Shown here: piece by piece, positions 22,458 to 36,296 of the stretch | Numbering within the stretch: position 1 is the stretch's first letter | Layout: every line of letters starts with the position of its first letter | Assembly (NCBI GenBank): GCA_977017645.1 | Contig: OZ360239.1 | Span: forward strand, 50,282,001 to 50,346,000 | Length of the DNA: 64,000 bases | Reading direction: 5' to 3' | Source: Torpedo marmorata | Taxonomy: Eukaryota | Notes under the pieces: model-generated | Database searches by the model: none | Told to the model about the DNA's origin: nothing | What the model saw: only the letters and a program-made list of their open reading frames with translations | Made by a program: the position numbers and the translations under genes

Positions 22458-25400
22458 TGGAATGCGACAACTGTAGACTGCGTGCAATATTATTGACCTT
22501 TCTACCTTGGTCATGTTGGTTAATGGCTTTCAGTTTTACCTCCAAAGTTATGGTTTTCCTCAGTCTCTTAGCAGCTCTATCAGCAAGGGATATGTTTTTC
22601 TTCTTGCTTGCTATGTTTCTAGTGCGCCTACAGAATGGCGACTGCGCACATGGCCCTATGCGCAGACGCGTTTTTAAAAAAAAAAAAAGAAAAAATTGGT
22701 CGTATGTACGGGTGGACCTAACTCTTGGAGGTCGAGGTCTATGTGTACTCTAATAGTGCTTCTGATATATGCTGAATTAAGATAACAAGAGAGAAAATAT
22801 GGTCATGTGTTGGGCCGTATTATGCTTGTCCTGGCACAGTTCTCATGCTTAGTCTCTCATATTAGCTGCACTTCATTTCAATTGTCCTGTGGGTTCGACT
22901 ATGTTGTGTCCTCACTAAAGCATCCATCCCACAAGGTGAAGCTGTATGTCAGCAATGACTTGATGTCAAAGTGGATTCTTTGTCTTTGTCTCTACCCTGT
23001 TCTGATCACTACTAATCTGCAAATCAGAGACAATAAAATAGTTCAAAAGGATCTAAATAATGAAGTAACTAAAATATTTAAAAAGATACAACCATGCTTC
23101 TGCTAGAAATGAATTAAAACATGAATATTAAGCAAGGAAAATGAACACACTCATCTGCTTATCATTTCAATCAAGGGGCTTTATTCAAATTTGAATGATA
23201 TTGTGCTACAAATGCCAGCCATGGCTTTAAGAGGCCAGATGTAAAGTGCATGCACGACATGCCTGAGAGCATTTGTAAGTTCATTGGCAGAAGGGCAGAT
23301 TTGGTGTACTGTGAAACTACCAGCTGAAGATAAGTATGATCTGGCCAATACTAGTGGCCTTGCAAGAATGATAACCTCTTTTATGACTACTTATCCAGCC
23401 ATGCTCAGTCATTTTGCTACATAATATATTTGTAGCAATAATAATTATGACAAAACATATTTTTAATATTTATTTGGAATGACCACATTACAAATTGAAT
23501 GCCCAAATTCCAGCAGCCTAGAAATGTCTGAAACCTGTCTATTTTTGTAAAGATTTCATGTGCTGCTCAGTAAAATGAAATTTGAAGTCATTGTTCAAAA
23601 ACGGAGACATTTCAGCAGGCATTAGTTCTGGATAGCATCAGTTTTCACATTTTATTTACAGTGGCATGCTGGTCGATTTCCCATGCTCAGTTGGCCTGAA
23701 AGATCCTGAATCCCACCCAACCAAACTCAAAACTGCCTTACCTCTGCTACTCCTTTCAAAACTTCGTCATCATGGTCTAAAATCCATGAAAATCTGAAAT
23801 GGGACAAAGCCTTTGTTTAGATATTGCTGGTAGGATCTGTCACTTATGAAGTTATATGTCATTAGTTTGTTGTAAGTTGTAGGAAGACATAAAACAAAGG
23901 GAAATTGGAATAGGAAGATATCTGAGGTGAAAAAGGTGGATGTGCGTCCACTTATAACAATGGAAATTGTTGCAATATTTTCACTTCCACATATTGTGAA
24001 TTTGAGAAATTCATGAACAGAAGTATCTATTGTGTGTGCTGTTCATGTAGTATTCATTGCAATTTTAAAAATGGAATGCAAGTACTTTTGAAAGAATAAA
24101 GGCAATGATAATAGAAAAGGGTTGATTTTCAGAAATGATGATTAGGTCCAAATCTCAGTGCAGAATGGGGATGCAGAATGAAGTATTCTCAATTTATTTG
24201 AATTTATGTAATGTGCCAATTCCAGCAGAGATCTCACCATAGGATTTTATACTGAGGAGAATGATCACAATTGCCAGGAAGAGACCATTTCTCTGATGAT
24301 GTTTTGAAAGTGCATCATTCTTGTCTAACTTGATTAGTCCAATAATAACTGAACAAAATCAATACATTGAAAAATACACATAAATAGTAATAGGATAGTG
24401 ATCTTTAATTCTGAGCAAAATGGTGAATACAGTTTACTTCTTCTCACAGTATGTATGTTTTCAATGCAAGGAATACTTCAGCAATGCAGCTGAAGGTCAC
24501 ACGTTGAACTTTTGTCAAACATTGTCAGTTCTATTAATAATAGTAAAATAAAGCAGACTCTTTAAAGCAGGGCAGGGCATCAAAATCCATGAGAGAAGAA
24601 TAAAAGTAAAGATCCATCTTTTCCTTTTAAGGTGATACAAACTGAAACAATAGAAAAGAGGAATAGATTAGCTTTAATTAAATAAATTAGTGAGAAATAG
24701 CTATTGCAACAGTTTAAAAACAATTGACTGAAGCTATATTTCAGTTCTGATAGACAACTTGAAATGATAGCAAGAGGGCATGGGATACTTAAGAAAATGA
24801 AAAAAAAATCCATTCACATTAAGTAGAAATTTTTGGCATTATTGAATTCAGATGTTATAATGGCAGTAAAGAAAGCTACACTTATTTAAAAAATGTGTTT
24901 ATTCAAGTTTGTAATATATTTGTAGAGATTAAAATAATAACAGAATTATTCATTGGCTTCTGCTTGTGAATGACAGCCAAAGTCAAAATATCTATCAATA
25001 AATTAATCTTAGTCTTTAAACCTCCCCCGCCCAACACAACTGGAATGTTAATTCAGGTTGGATCTGATTACATGGCATTGCAAATTCTAGAAATTGCTTG
25101 ATGTTTGTGTATGAAAGGGAGTGAGGGTCAGCATCAATTCTATCATGAAATACATCACAATAAACTGAATTCTGTCTTCAACATTTGGCCACAAGCATAC
25201 ACTGTCCAGCAGGGGTCACTGAATCATGATCAGGAATTGGAAACCCTCAGTGTTCCTTTGGAGGCCTGGGATATTTAGAGGAATTGTCGAACTGCTTTGT
25301 CTAATCTCAGCTAATTTAGCACAGATTGCACCCAAGACTAAACATGTTGGCATAGTGCAGTTTCACTATATTCATCTGCCAATGAAATTACTGGTTACTT

Positions 25401-26530
25401 CCAGTTTTGCATCAGAAAAGTTCTTAATTCTGTAATATGCCACAATAATTGTTTTCTGGGTTTCATATCTGAACAAAAGGTGCCGATTATTATTTTGATA
25501 CTTGCTTCAATAAGCATCTGGCAGAGAGATTATCGTCTTACATTCTTTGCTTCATATTTTATATTTCTGTAACAGGAATTAAATTTATACTAAATCTCTA
25601 ATCTAGCAACATATGTGGTTTTACTCATGCCTCTATCCATTCTTCCCTTTAATAAATTTGATTTGTAGCTGTAGTCTGAAGACCACAATATGTGACAATG
25701 TTAATTGTCCATCAGGCAAAGAGATCAAGATCTTGGACTGGTATGCGATGTCTGATTCATGGGTAAACAGATTCTTCACTCTGGTTTGCTATTCTAGATG
25801 ATTTTACTCATGGAGATGTTTCATTTTATGTTAAGCAAGAGCATTCATGTTGACATTCTGCATTTAGTATGAGAAGAAACATCTGGAACAAGTTTAATTC
25901 AAAATGGCAAGCTTGTAGTTTGTCCTCTGCTTCAAGAGAAGATAATTTAAAAATGAGTGTGCTGTAGCTGCTCTCTGCGAAGTTAGTATTGCTGATCTGC
26001 TGATCATCTGAGCTATGTCCACATTGACATGTCTGCCCCTTGTGATTCTCGTTGGCTATAGGATTAGGTTTTGGGCATTCAAACAGGTATCACTAAGAAT
26101 AATCATTTGTAAAGTTCCTATAATGTGGAAATAGTTGAGTTCTTTTCTTTTATTATCATTTATCCAGAAGAGTAATACACTAGAAATTAAGCATTGATTT
26201 TTGATATTTCTCTGTATTTCTCCAAATTGATACATTGTAGAATAATCTCTATTCCTGGTCTTTTATCATCTTGCAAGGTACCTGCATTATTTAGTTTCAG
26301 GGTATCAATAAACTGAACTGTCACTGAGAGTACCATCTCTATGATCAAAGTTTCCTGCATTTCAGTTTCCCAATGGAGGTGCAATTCTGTCATCACTTGT
26401 GTAATCAATTGTGTTTCCAAGAATACATGTAAGAAGGAAGAAACCAAAATGCACCGTAACTTTGGTAAAGTTGTGGACACCTTGGAAAAAATAGATGGCA
26501 TCTGCTTTCTGGAGTTTACGAATCTGTTTT

Positions 26531-27371
26531 AAAAAAAATATATTTTATTTTAAATTTTTAAATCACACAATACATAGTATAAAATGCAAAATTATCAAAA
26601 TACATGTGATACATTTTCACCCTCCCTCCCCTCCATAACCCTCCCACCCCTACTAATCTACTAAAATAGAAAAGAAAGAAAGAAAAAGATAAAATAAGGA
26701 GAATGTCAATCTAAAAAAGAACAACTATAAACTAATTTTATTGTGGAGGATAGGTTCACCAGTCAGATCTGATATCCAGAGATCTTCAAATCCTTAAACC
26801 AACAGTTTTTATATATGGGCTCCATATTTTCAAAAATAAATGACATTTATTACGTAAATTATAAGTAATTTTTTCAAGTGGTATAGCTGAACGAAGTTCT
26901 GCATGCCATCTTTCTAACCCTAAATCTACATCAGATTTCCATGTAATAGCAATGCATTTCTTAGAAACAGCTAAAGCAATTCGCAAAAATTCTATTTGAT
27001 ACATACCGGTATTTAATTTCATCTTAATACTAATTCTTTTAATATCTCCAAACAAAAATATCATAGGGTCCATTGGGAGTGTAATTCTTAATACTTTGTC
27101 TAAAAACTTTTTAACTTTCAACCAAAAATCATATATCTTTGGACAAAGCCATGTAGAATGTACAAAAGAACCTTCCTCTCTATTACATCTAAAACATAAA
27201 CCAGATAATGTCAGATTAAATTTCTTTAATTTTTTAGGTGTTAAATATAATTGATGAAAAAAATTATATTGCACTAGTCTATATCTAACGTTAATAATCT
27301 TCGTCATACTTTGTTTACATAATTCTTTCCAATGTTCTCCATCTATTGTTACATTCAGATCTGATTCCCAT
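26531..27371 (-). mobile_element. L1-clade LINE 3' fragment (copy 1)
   Basis: ORF2 C-terminus with CCHC motif CFRC...HSTWLCP; G-rich 3' UTR and AATAAA; 16-bp TSD TTTACGAATCTGTTTT (26515-26530 / 27372-27387). Confidence 0.9.
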
Positions 27372-28337
27372 TTTACGAATCTGTTTTGATATCTTCGCCC
27401 CTGCAGAAATTCACATGCAAATTTTTTGAGACTGTCAACACTTCAGACTATCTGTCCTGAAGTTTGTGATGCTCATTTGTTATTCTTTATGGCCAACATA
27501 ACATCCAGTAAATATGCTGCATAAAGCACTATTGGTCAGTATTTCTATTTCAGATATTATCTATCATAATTGTAAAATGAGCACGCAATCAAATATGTGA
27601 AAACCGATTAATATGGAGAAATCGGTTCTCTTGGCAATGGTCCAAAGTATGGATTTCTGTTTAATTTCCAAGCCCCGCTTGACAATTCTCCATGAGTGCC
27701 CCTAACCATACAAGATGAAAAAATGTATTCTGATATGTTTGTTTAACAATGTTTCATAAATTTTGGCTCTGCTTGTCAGCAATTTGATGCTGTAACTCAT
27801 GGTCTCTGCCAGTAAAAACAGCTCTGACATTCCTTCTGGTAGAATGACATTTGTGTTTATGGTCATTCTCTTCAGCACAATTTTGTTACGCACGCAGCCT
27901 AACTAGAAAAAGCAAATACTTGAACTATAAACAGACAACTGATCAAATTCAATATATTTATCGTAGCATTTAATATAAGAGGAGCGAGCTACTTGTGCGA
28001 TCTGAGGTTTATTGTACAACCACAGAACTGAGTGGGGTCAAACAAGGGACATGGCATTTACTGTCATTTATGCTGCTGTATTGGTGCAAGTGTTATGGTG
28101 GTATAAAGTGTCTGATCATGTTATGTTGCTATGACTGCATAGTACTTAATTATAACGGAAAATAAAATCATTTTTTAAATTTAAGGCTTGCTCTTGCTAT
28201 GGATGGACTCAGATTCTGGACCACTCTGTAACTTTTATAACAACTGCAAACAATTTTATAGCTGTATGTGTGTTTTATACCTGGACTGGGAAGGTTGCCT
28301 TTATGAGGAAAGGTTGGGCTTCAACCTTCTGGAACTT

Positions 28338-29208
28338 AAGATTCTATTATTGTCATGTAATAAAACAGATGTAATATTATATGAAATTGCATTTAGTCTG
28401 CCATAAGGCAGACAAAGATTCACCATCAGCAGAAATTGCCCAGTGTCCCTTATAGTCAGAGAAAGAGAAGCAAAAGAGAGTCCCTTCAGAGTCACTGAGT
28501 GTCCGTGGATTCACCTCCTGTGCTCCCGTAGCCTTTGCAGCCACACAGACTTCAGTCCAAACCATTGGCAACCCGAGCTCCAGATCCAAATCTCCAACAT
28601 GATCAGGAAGCCTTCAGCACCCAATGCCCTTCGGGAGCCCCTCCCGCCTTTGGAACCCCCTCGTATCCCAGTTCTGATCTCTGGTACTCCTTCAACCAGT
28701 CTCGAGCAAGTCTCCAGCTGTCCGCAGCCTGGTGTGAGTCCTTTTACCGCAAGTTGCCAGCAGGCCACAGCCTGCATGGGTTCCTTGCTTCGAGTCAACC
28801 ACAGCCTGCTGCCTATGTATTCTTCTGCCACAGAACTCCTCAATGGTCCACCGTCATGGTCACCGTCCCATACGATCTTCTCTTCTGCTTCTCCTTACCA
28901 AATGGGGGTTGTTCTCCCCATTTTCTGGTGCCCTGTGCCAGTCCTTTTCTTCCGAGGGGGGTCTGCAACCCCTCGAGGCCACTGCTAGCATAAGTGTCGC
29001 CATCTTGGGCCCATACCCCAATGTCGCAGGATTTTAAAATAAAACACTTTCAGCTCCTTTAATAGGCCGTCTAAAGTCTGTACGGAACAGTCCGTAGTTG
29101 GACTGGGTGAGAGAACTCTGTGGAGGAGCGCTGTATCTCCGCTACCCGCTCTCCCCAGGTTCGCACCAGCGGCAGCGCTGTCGCAGTAGCAGCTCCGGCA
29201 GTGCTGCC
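28338..29208 (-). mobile_element. Unclassified non-coding retroposon with LINE-type 3' tail, inserted in a CR1 relic
   Basis: GC-rich body; 3' tail GTCTGCC-TTAT-GGCAGAC...AATTTCAT...TGACAATAAT; flanks rejoin as CR1 sequence (ctggaactt | aagaagatgaaagggg). Confidence 0.55.
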
Positions 29209-29874
29209 AATTTTTTTTTTTTTAAGAAGATGAAAGGGGATTTGATTGAAATATATGAGACCCTGAGGGTGGATGTGGAGTGTTTCCTATTGTGAGAGAA
29301 TGTTGTACAGTACTTGGGTTACATTTTATAAATAGATGTCACCTGTTTAAGACAGATGAGGTGCTTTTTTTCTCTTTGCGGTTCACTCTTCTTCTGAGGG
29401 TGGTAGTGCAGTATCCTTGGATATTTTTAAGGTTTCTTGATTAACAAGCCATTTGGAAGATTACCTTGGACAGATGGAGATGTGGGGTTGATGTAACAAT
29501 CAACCTTGATCTTAAATGGTGGAGCAGAAAGGAAGGGTACGTCGTCTTCTCTTGCTCCTAATTTGTATGTTTGAAAATAATGTTAAGGTAGAAGATCAGC
29601 TATGACCGTGTTTATTGGCAGAGTAGACACCCACTTCATATTTTCTTTGCTACATCGAAGGAGGGCATTCTACTCATCAAGTCCATGCCAGCTCTTAAAG
29701 CAATCCCATCAAATTTCTTATGAATTTAGGTTCTTATGTTAAGAGTAATCATGAACAATGTTCATCTTAAGGGTGGTCAAAGGCCAAATCATTGCCATTA
29801 TATAGACAGAAATAATAACCAATGTGTGTACATTAAAGAGAGGAAAAGTTGTGCTTTTTCCCTACTTATTAACT

Positions 29875-30350
29875 TTAAGTTTATTTGTCACAAAATACCA
29901 AGTACAGTGTGAAGGATTATTCTGTGAACAGGATCTCAGGTTATCTCTAAATAACACGCAGCTGTGTAAAGAACACAATTTAAAGAGTATCGGATTACAA
30001 TGAAAAGGAAGATCACTCGGCATCAAGCAAGGTCTGCATGATAGTACTGCAACAGGGTTCATTCAGGAGACTGACAGCTGCAGGGAAGCAACTGTTTTTA
30101 AAGCCAGTTGCTGCATGTTATCACACTCTCTGATGGTTGGAGGGAGAAGAGAGTGTATCCTGGTGTGATGGGTCTTTCAATATGTTGGCTGCCTTTCCTC
30201 GGCAGCGGGAGATATAGCTGGAGTCCATGGAGAAGACGGAAGTTTGTGTGATGTTCTGAGTAGAGGTATTGGTGTGCTTTCTTGACCATTGCATCAACAT
30301 GCTTGTCCCACATCAGTTCATTGGAGATATTTATTCCTGAGATGGCAAAC
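29875..30350 (-). mobile_element. Rex1/Babar LINE 3' fragment, internally deleted
   Basis: WDKHVDAMVKKAHQYLY and HPGY.LFS motifs; same subfamily as 42720-43810. Confidence 0.7.
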
Positions 30351-30807
30351 TGCACTCCATGTTACAATAGAAAAACATGAAGATCAAAATAAAAGACTTA
30401 ACTGGATTACACAATATATTTTCCCTCTGGACAAAGAAAGTCACATTTTTTAACAGTCAAAATTTTGTAATTCGAATGAAATACAATTATATTTTAAGCA
30501 AAACATTTTCTTATACAGAAGAATGAAAGTGAATACACAGTTCATTATTTGGGATATGTGCTTTACTGGCAAGGCCACCATTTATTAGAATGTAATAATT
30601 GTTGTACAGTTGAATGGCTAACAAGGTCATTTTGATGGGCATTTAAGATGCAATCACATTGCTGAGGGCCACAGTCTGATACTGGCCAGACTGGGTGAGG
30701 ATAACAGACTTCCATTCCCTGAAAAAAACATTCCTGAAGAGCAGGGGGTTATTCAACGTCATGGTTACTTGCATATGAAAATTGCCTTAGGATTTCATGA
30801 ATCATGC

Positions 30808-31160
30808 TGGTGGTGCAGTGCAGCAGTGGGTGCTGCTGCCTCATGCCTCCAGGAATAGGAGTTCAGTCCTGACATTAAGTGATGCATGCATCGAATTTGT
30901 ACATTCTTTGTGGGACCATGTGATTTTACTCTGAATCCTCCAGTTTCCCAACCCCCCAACCCATCCTAAAAACATGCAAGTAGATTAGTTAGCTGCTGCA
31001 CATTACACTTTTGCACAGGTTAACAAAAAATGAATCAAAGGGGATCTGATGTGTTTGTAGGAGATAGAATACAGTGAAATAAGAGTGGAAATGGGACTAA
31101 TGGGATTACTTCCCTGTGAGCTAGCATGGATTTGATGGGTCAAGTGGCCTCCTGTATCAT
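30808..31160 (+). mobile_element. Degenerate tRNA-derived V-SINE (HE1-like)
   Basis: A/B-box-like head, degenerate V-core (gaatttgtacattct...ctccagtttccca...catcctaaaaacatgc) and CR1-type tail (gatgggtcaagtggcctcct). Confidence 0.6.
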
Positions 31161-31662
31161 TTTAATACATATGATGAAGTTTCTAATTTTCTATTATCAA
31201 CTGTAGTTCTATTTTTAGATACAATGTAAACTTATTTTAAGGATATTGGTTTCTTCATTTCTAAAAATGTTTTGCTGTTTAATTCTAAAAATAAACCCAT
31301 TGCAATCCTCAAGGTCACAGTGGAAGGATGTTTAATGGAATTAAGTAATCAAAATCCTAACCTAGCAAGCAGTGTTTACATTGAGTTTAGGAGCAGCACT
31401 AAAACCTCACATTTTTTTGCTTCCTCTTTGAGCAGTGTCCAAGCCATAGAGTTTGCAATAGTCAAACAAAGCTCAAAAGTTAATTCAGGATTATCCAAAT
31501 CTTTATTAGCAATCTACAGAAATTATGCATTTAGTTAACTCATCATAGCTGTCTTCGGGGTAGTGTCCCATCTAAATGTACACTGACATGGTTATTGTGA
31601 GAAATATTATGCAGCAGCTCTGACACATTGGCGCAGCAACCTGGTTCGTAATTCAATCTGTT

Positions 31663-31880
31663 CACACAGAAGTGCTGGAGAAACTCAGCAGGTCATGCAG
31701 CATCCATAGAAAGCAAAAGGCAGTTGAAATTTTGGGCCTTGAACCCTTCTTCAGGCGTGCTGAAAATTCAGCAGATGCCCAAATAAGAAGGTGGGGGGGA
31801 GGGGAAGGGGGAGGAGCAAAGGCTAGCAGGTGTTAGGTGGATTCAGGTGGGAGGGGGAAGAAGAAAAAGGATATTAGAGG
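31663..31880 (-). mobile_element. Penelope pLTR remnant
   Basis: gtgctggagaaactcagcaggtca...gggccttgaacccttcttcagg, reverse of the pLTR/hammerhead region. Confidence 0.65.
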
Positions 31881-32090
31881 TGAAAGGGGGAATCTATTCA
31901 CCATGTTGGCATGGTATTGGTAATTAGTTAGATAGTTAAAGTGGTATATTTTTAGCTTTTGCTATATAATCATGCAACAGCATTTTTGTTTACAGTCACT
32001 TTACAACAGTAACTTGTGTTCTAGAAGTGGCTATAAGCACTCTGTGGGTGCAAATGTTGCGCATAAAAACATTTTTTTTGTTCTTGCTAA

Positions 32091-33535
32091 GAACTTCAAA
32101 TTCCTGGGTGTTAACATCTCTGAAGGCCTTCACGTCGATGCAATCACAAAGAAGGCTTGCCAGCGGCTATACTTCGTGAGGAGTTTGAGGAGATTTGGTA
32201 TATCACTAAAGACTCTTGCAAATTTCTACCTTGGAGAGCATTCTGATTGGTTGCATTACTGCCTGTTATGGAGGTGCCAGTGCACAGGATAGGAAAAGAC
32301 TACCGAGAGTTGTGAACTCAGCCAGCACCATCCTGGGCATCAGTCATCACTCCGTTAAGGATGTCTCAAGAAAGCAGCCTCAATCATCAAGGAACTTCAC
32401 CACACAGTCCATGCCCTCTTTACACTGCTACCATGAGGAAGGAGGTACAGGAGCCTGAAGACAAACACCCAACGGTGCAAAAACAGCTTCTTCCCCTCTG
32501 CCATCAGATTTCTGAATGGACAATGAACCACAGACACTATCTCACTTTCTCTACTTTTTGTACAAATTTATTTATTTTTAAAAATTAATTTCAGAAATTC
32601 ATAAATCAAGATTAAATTGGGAAAAAGATTTGAATATAACAATAGATGAAAAACACTGGAAAAAATGATGTAAACAAAGTATGACGAAGATTATTAATGT
32701 TAGATATAGATTGGTGCAATATAATTTTTTTCATCAACTATATTTAACACCTAAAAGACTAAAGAAATTTAATCCGACATTATCTGGTTTATGTTTTAGA
32801 TGTAATAAAGAGGAAGGTTCTTTTGTACATTCTACATGGTTTTGTCCAAAAGTTTATGATTTTTGGTTGAAAGTTAAAAACTTTTTAGATAAAGTATTAG
32901 GAACTACACTTCCAATGGATCCTATGATATTTTTGTTTGGAGATATTGAAGGAACCAGTGTTGGAGTGAAATTGAATATGTACCAGACGGAGTTTTTGCG
33001 TGTTGCTTTGGCCGTTTCTAAGAAATGTATTGCCACTACATGGAAGTCGGATGTAGATTTGGGGTTGGAAAGATGGCACGCAGAATTGCGTTCTTGCATA
33101 CCACTCGAAAAAATTACATATAATTTACGTGATAAGTATCATTTCTTTTTGGAAGTATGGAGCCCATATATAAAAATTGTGGGTTTAAGGATTTGAAGAT
33201 CTCTGGTCATCGGGTCTGGCTGGCGAGCCTATCCTTCACAATAAGATCAGTTTATAGTTGTTCTTTTTAGATTGACATTCTCCTTCCTCTATCCTTTTCT
33301 TCTTCTTTCTTTCTTTTCGGGAGGGTTAGGGTGGGGGGGAGGGGGGGGGGTGAAAATGTATCACATGTAATTTGAGGAATTTGCGTTTTAAACTGTGTAT
33401 TGTGTGATTTAAAAATTTTAAATAAAATATTTAAAAAAAATAAAATAAAATTAATTTCAGCATTATTTGCACCTGTAATGCTGCCGCAAAACAACGAATT
33501 TCATGACATGGTCATGACAATAAATTTTGATTCGG
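32091..33535 (+). mobile_element. Rex1/Babar LINE 3' fragment split by an L1 insertion
   Basis: FKFLGVNISE..KKACQRLYFVRSLRRFG..ANFY; tail resumes after 33460 (gaatttcatgac...atgacaataaa). Confidence 0.8.
32595..33446 (+). mobile_element. L1-clade LINE 3' fragment (copy 2)
   Basis: ORF 32681-33196 similar to copies 1 and 3; A-rich tail; 14-bp TSD AAAATTAATTTCAG (32581-32594 / 33447-33460). Confidence 0.9.
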
Positions 33536-34957
33536 ACTTTTGTTCTTGTTTATTTACAAATATTTACAAGTATTGTCATTTTAATTGTAAGTTTGTTGAT
33601 TTAAAAGTAGCAAGGAAAATGTATTTTCCCCTGATTTTGAATAAAATACATTTCTTCTCTACTTTGTCATACAGGTATTTCATATTTTCTGTTAACTATG
33701 TCTACTTTTCAATTTAAATTTCTACTTCAAATTATTGATTAATAATCTCTCAATTGGAACTGTTAAGACACATATAATGCTCTTTCATTCTCTTATCTTA
33801 TATTTTCCTCTGACGTGGAGGGAGACCATTTGGCCCGTTGAATCCAGCTAGTCCAAGGTACAGTTCTTGGTCGACATCACATCTTTATTGGAATTGTGAC
33901 TTAAATTCAATTTTTCAGGGTTTTTTCATGCTTGTGCCATCATAATGAAATATATATAATTGCATCAGAATTTGTGAATTTGTTTAGATACACCCCAAAG
34001 TTGTTTTAATGTTAATTGAGCCATTTTTCATATAACAATATTGACCATAAAATAACTGGGAGATTCAATTTAATTAATTATTTTGAAATAACTGCAGGAA
34101 AAGCATATATAACCTGAAATGTATTTTTCTTTTCTAATGATTTTTAGGACTGCTGCACATTTTGTTATCTTACATTTTTCCTTCTGTGGATTTCCGTTTG
34201 TGCAGGAACCATTGTTTCCGGCAAACAGAATTTAAGATATTCTCTCAGGAAATAAGATCATTGTATGTTCAGAATCGCCCAGTTGTGAATCTTGTGGCAT
34301 TTAGTTGCAAAGGTGTCTCTTTTGTTTAGCATTTTTTAAGTTTAAAAATCTGTTATTTACTTTATTCTCTGTCATTTTCTGCACAAACTACTTTTTTACA
34401 ATTAGACTTCAATTCATATAAATTTAAAAACCTTTGCATCCAACATGCAACAATTGATTAAAAGTATTGCTTCTTGTACCAATAGATAATATATTTAATT
34501 GAAAGGAAATTGAATAGAAAACATTTGCAATTTGAGCACAAAGGCACAACCAACTATGCTATTCTGAATTTATGCTTACATTTACAAACCCTTGCTGATA
34601 AAGTGGCATTAAATTATAAAGACACCAAGTACTGCTTTATGAATATTTTAATTATGAGGATAAAAGCACAAGTCCTAATAGTTTGAGTAATAAGAACAGC
34701 AAAGTGCCTCTGTGGCCTCTCAGGTACAGACTTAATTCCAATTAGATAAAGTGCACCGGATGTCAAGACGGAGAGAGGTCCCTATACCTAGTTATAAGAG
34801 GAATAATAATTTATCATTTTAAAGTGAGTATCATTTTCAATTAATGAAAAATAGCAAAATTATCATGCAGTGCAACTAATCTGTTTTGAACTTGTATTGA
34901 ACTGTATAGTAAAGATGCTGATTGTGGTTGCGATGAGAAATTATCTAAACATATTTC

Positions 34958-35433
34958 CATAAGACCATAACACAATAAGACATAGGAGCAGAAATAGGCT
35001 ATTCAGCCCATCAAGTCTGCCCCACCATTTAATCATAAGCTGATTGATTTTCCACTCAGCCCCACTACCTGGCCTTCTCCTCATAACCTTTGATGCCCTG
35101 GCTAATCAAGAACCTATCAATCTCTGCCTTAAATACACCCAATGACCTGGCCTCCACTACCACTGGTGGCAACAAATTCCACAGATTTACCACCTTCTGG
35201 CTGAAGAAATTCCTCCGCATCTCTGTTCTAAGCAGACACCCTTCAATCCTGAAGTTGTGCCCTCTTGTCCTAGACTCTCCCACCATGAGGAAACAACCTT
35301 TCAAACTCTTCTCTGTCCATGCCTTCAACATTCAAAATGTTTCAATGAGATTCCCCCTCATTCTCTTAAATTCCAATGAGGAAAGGCCAAGAGCTGTCAA
35401 ATGCTCCTCTTATGATAACCCTTTCATTTCTGG
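34958..35433 (-). mobile_element. CR1 3'-end fragment
   Basis: VGESRTRGHN.RI...RTEMRRNFFSQKVVNLWN.LP..VVEA.SL..FKAEID. Confidence 0.85.
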
Positions 35434-36296
35434 ACTTAGAGTTAAAGTTTATTCCATGACTGTAATGGTGTTTTATCCCTTTTAAAGAATTAGCGATAAA
35501 ATAGGGCACCTTAAATATCAACAGTGTCATTTATGTGTGGAACCATGGGAGATGGGTGAGGCCTTAAATGAGTATTTTTCATGTGTTTACTGTGGAGAAA
35601 GACCTGGAGGCAATGGAACTTTGGAAGTAAATAGCAGGTCATGGAGGTGCTGGAGGTCTTCATGTGCATAAAAATAGATAAGATCCTGGGGCCTGATCAA
35701 ATGTATCCCAGGACGTTATGGGAAGCAAGGGAAGAAATTCCTGGCAGGGATATTTGCATCATCATTAAACACAGGTGAGGAGTCAGAAGACTGGAGGGTG
35801 GCTAATGTCGAGCCTTAATTAAAAAGGCTGCAAGAACAAGTTTGCAAACTACAGGCCAGAGAGTTTAAAGCCAGTCTTGAGTAAGTTACTGGAGGGGATT
35901 CTGAGAGAAAGGATCTACCTGCATTTTGAAAAGCAAGGACTGATTAGGGGTAGTCAGCATGGCTTTGTGGGTTGGAAATTATGTCTCATGATGTTTTAGA
36001 AGAGGTGACAAAGAAGATTAATGACAGCATGGTGATACTCATTGTTACCGAGAATAAGCAAGGACTCACATGGTAGGCTGGTCATGAAGATCAGATCACG
36101 AGGGATCCAGGGTGAGCTGGCCAATTGGATACAGAATTGGCTTGATGGCAGGAGACAGTGTGTTAGTGGAAGGTTGTTGCTCAGATTAGAGGCCTGTGAC
36201 CAATTGTGTGCCACAGGGATCAATGCTGGGTCTACTGTTGTTTGTCATCTATATTAATGACTTGGTTGAGAATGTAATTAGCATGATTTGTAAGTT

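Larger units (their letters stand above)
21210..22748. mobile_element. Tigger/pogo-like non-autonomous DNA element hosting two insertions
   Basis: Left end gtactcctcgacctatgacc...ggtcgtaagtc; right end ggtcgtatgta...ggtcgaggtc: degenerate Tigger-type terminal and subterminal repeats. Confidence 0.5.

Noticed and set aside
28443-28993. Overlapping 110-181 aa ORFs as genes
   Set aside because: Open on both strands in a GC-rich repeat, with no domain motifs.
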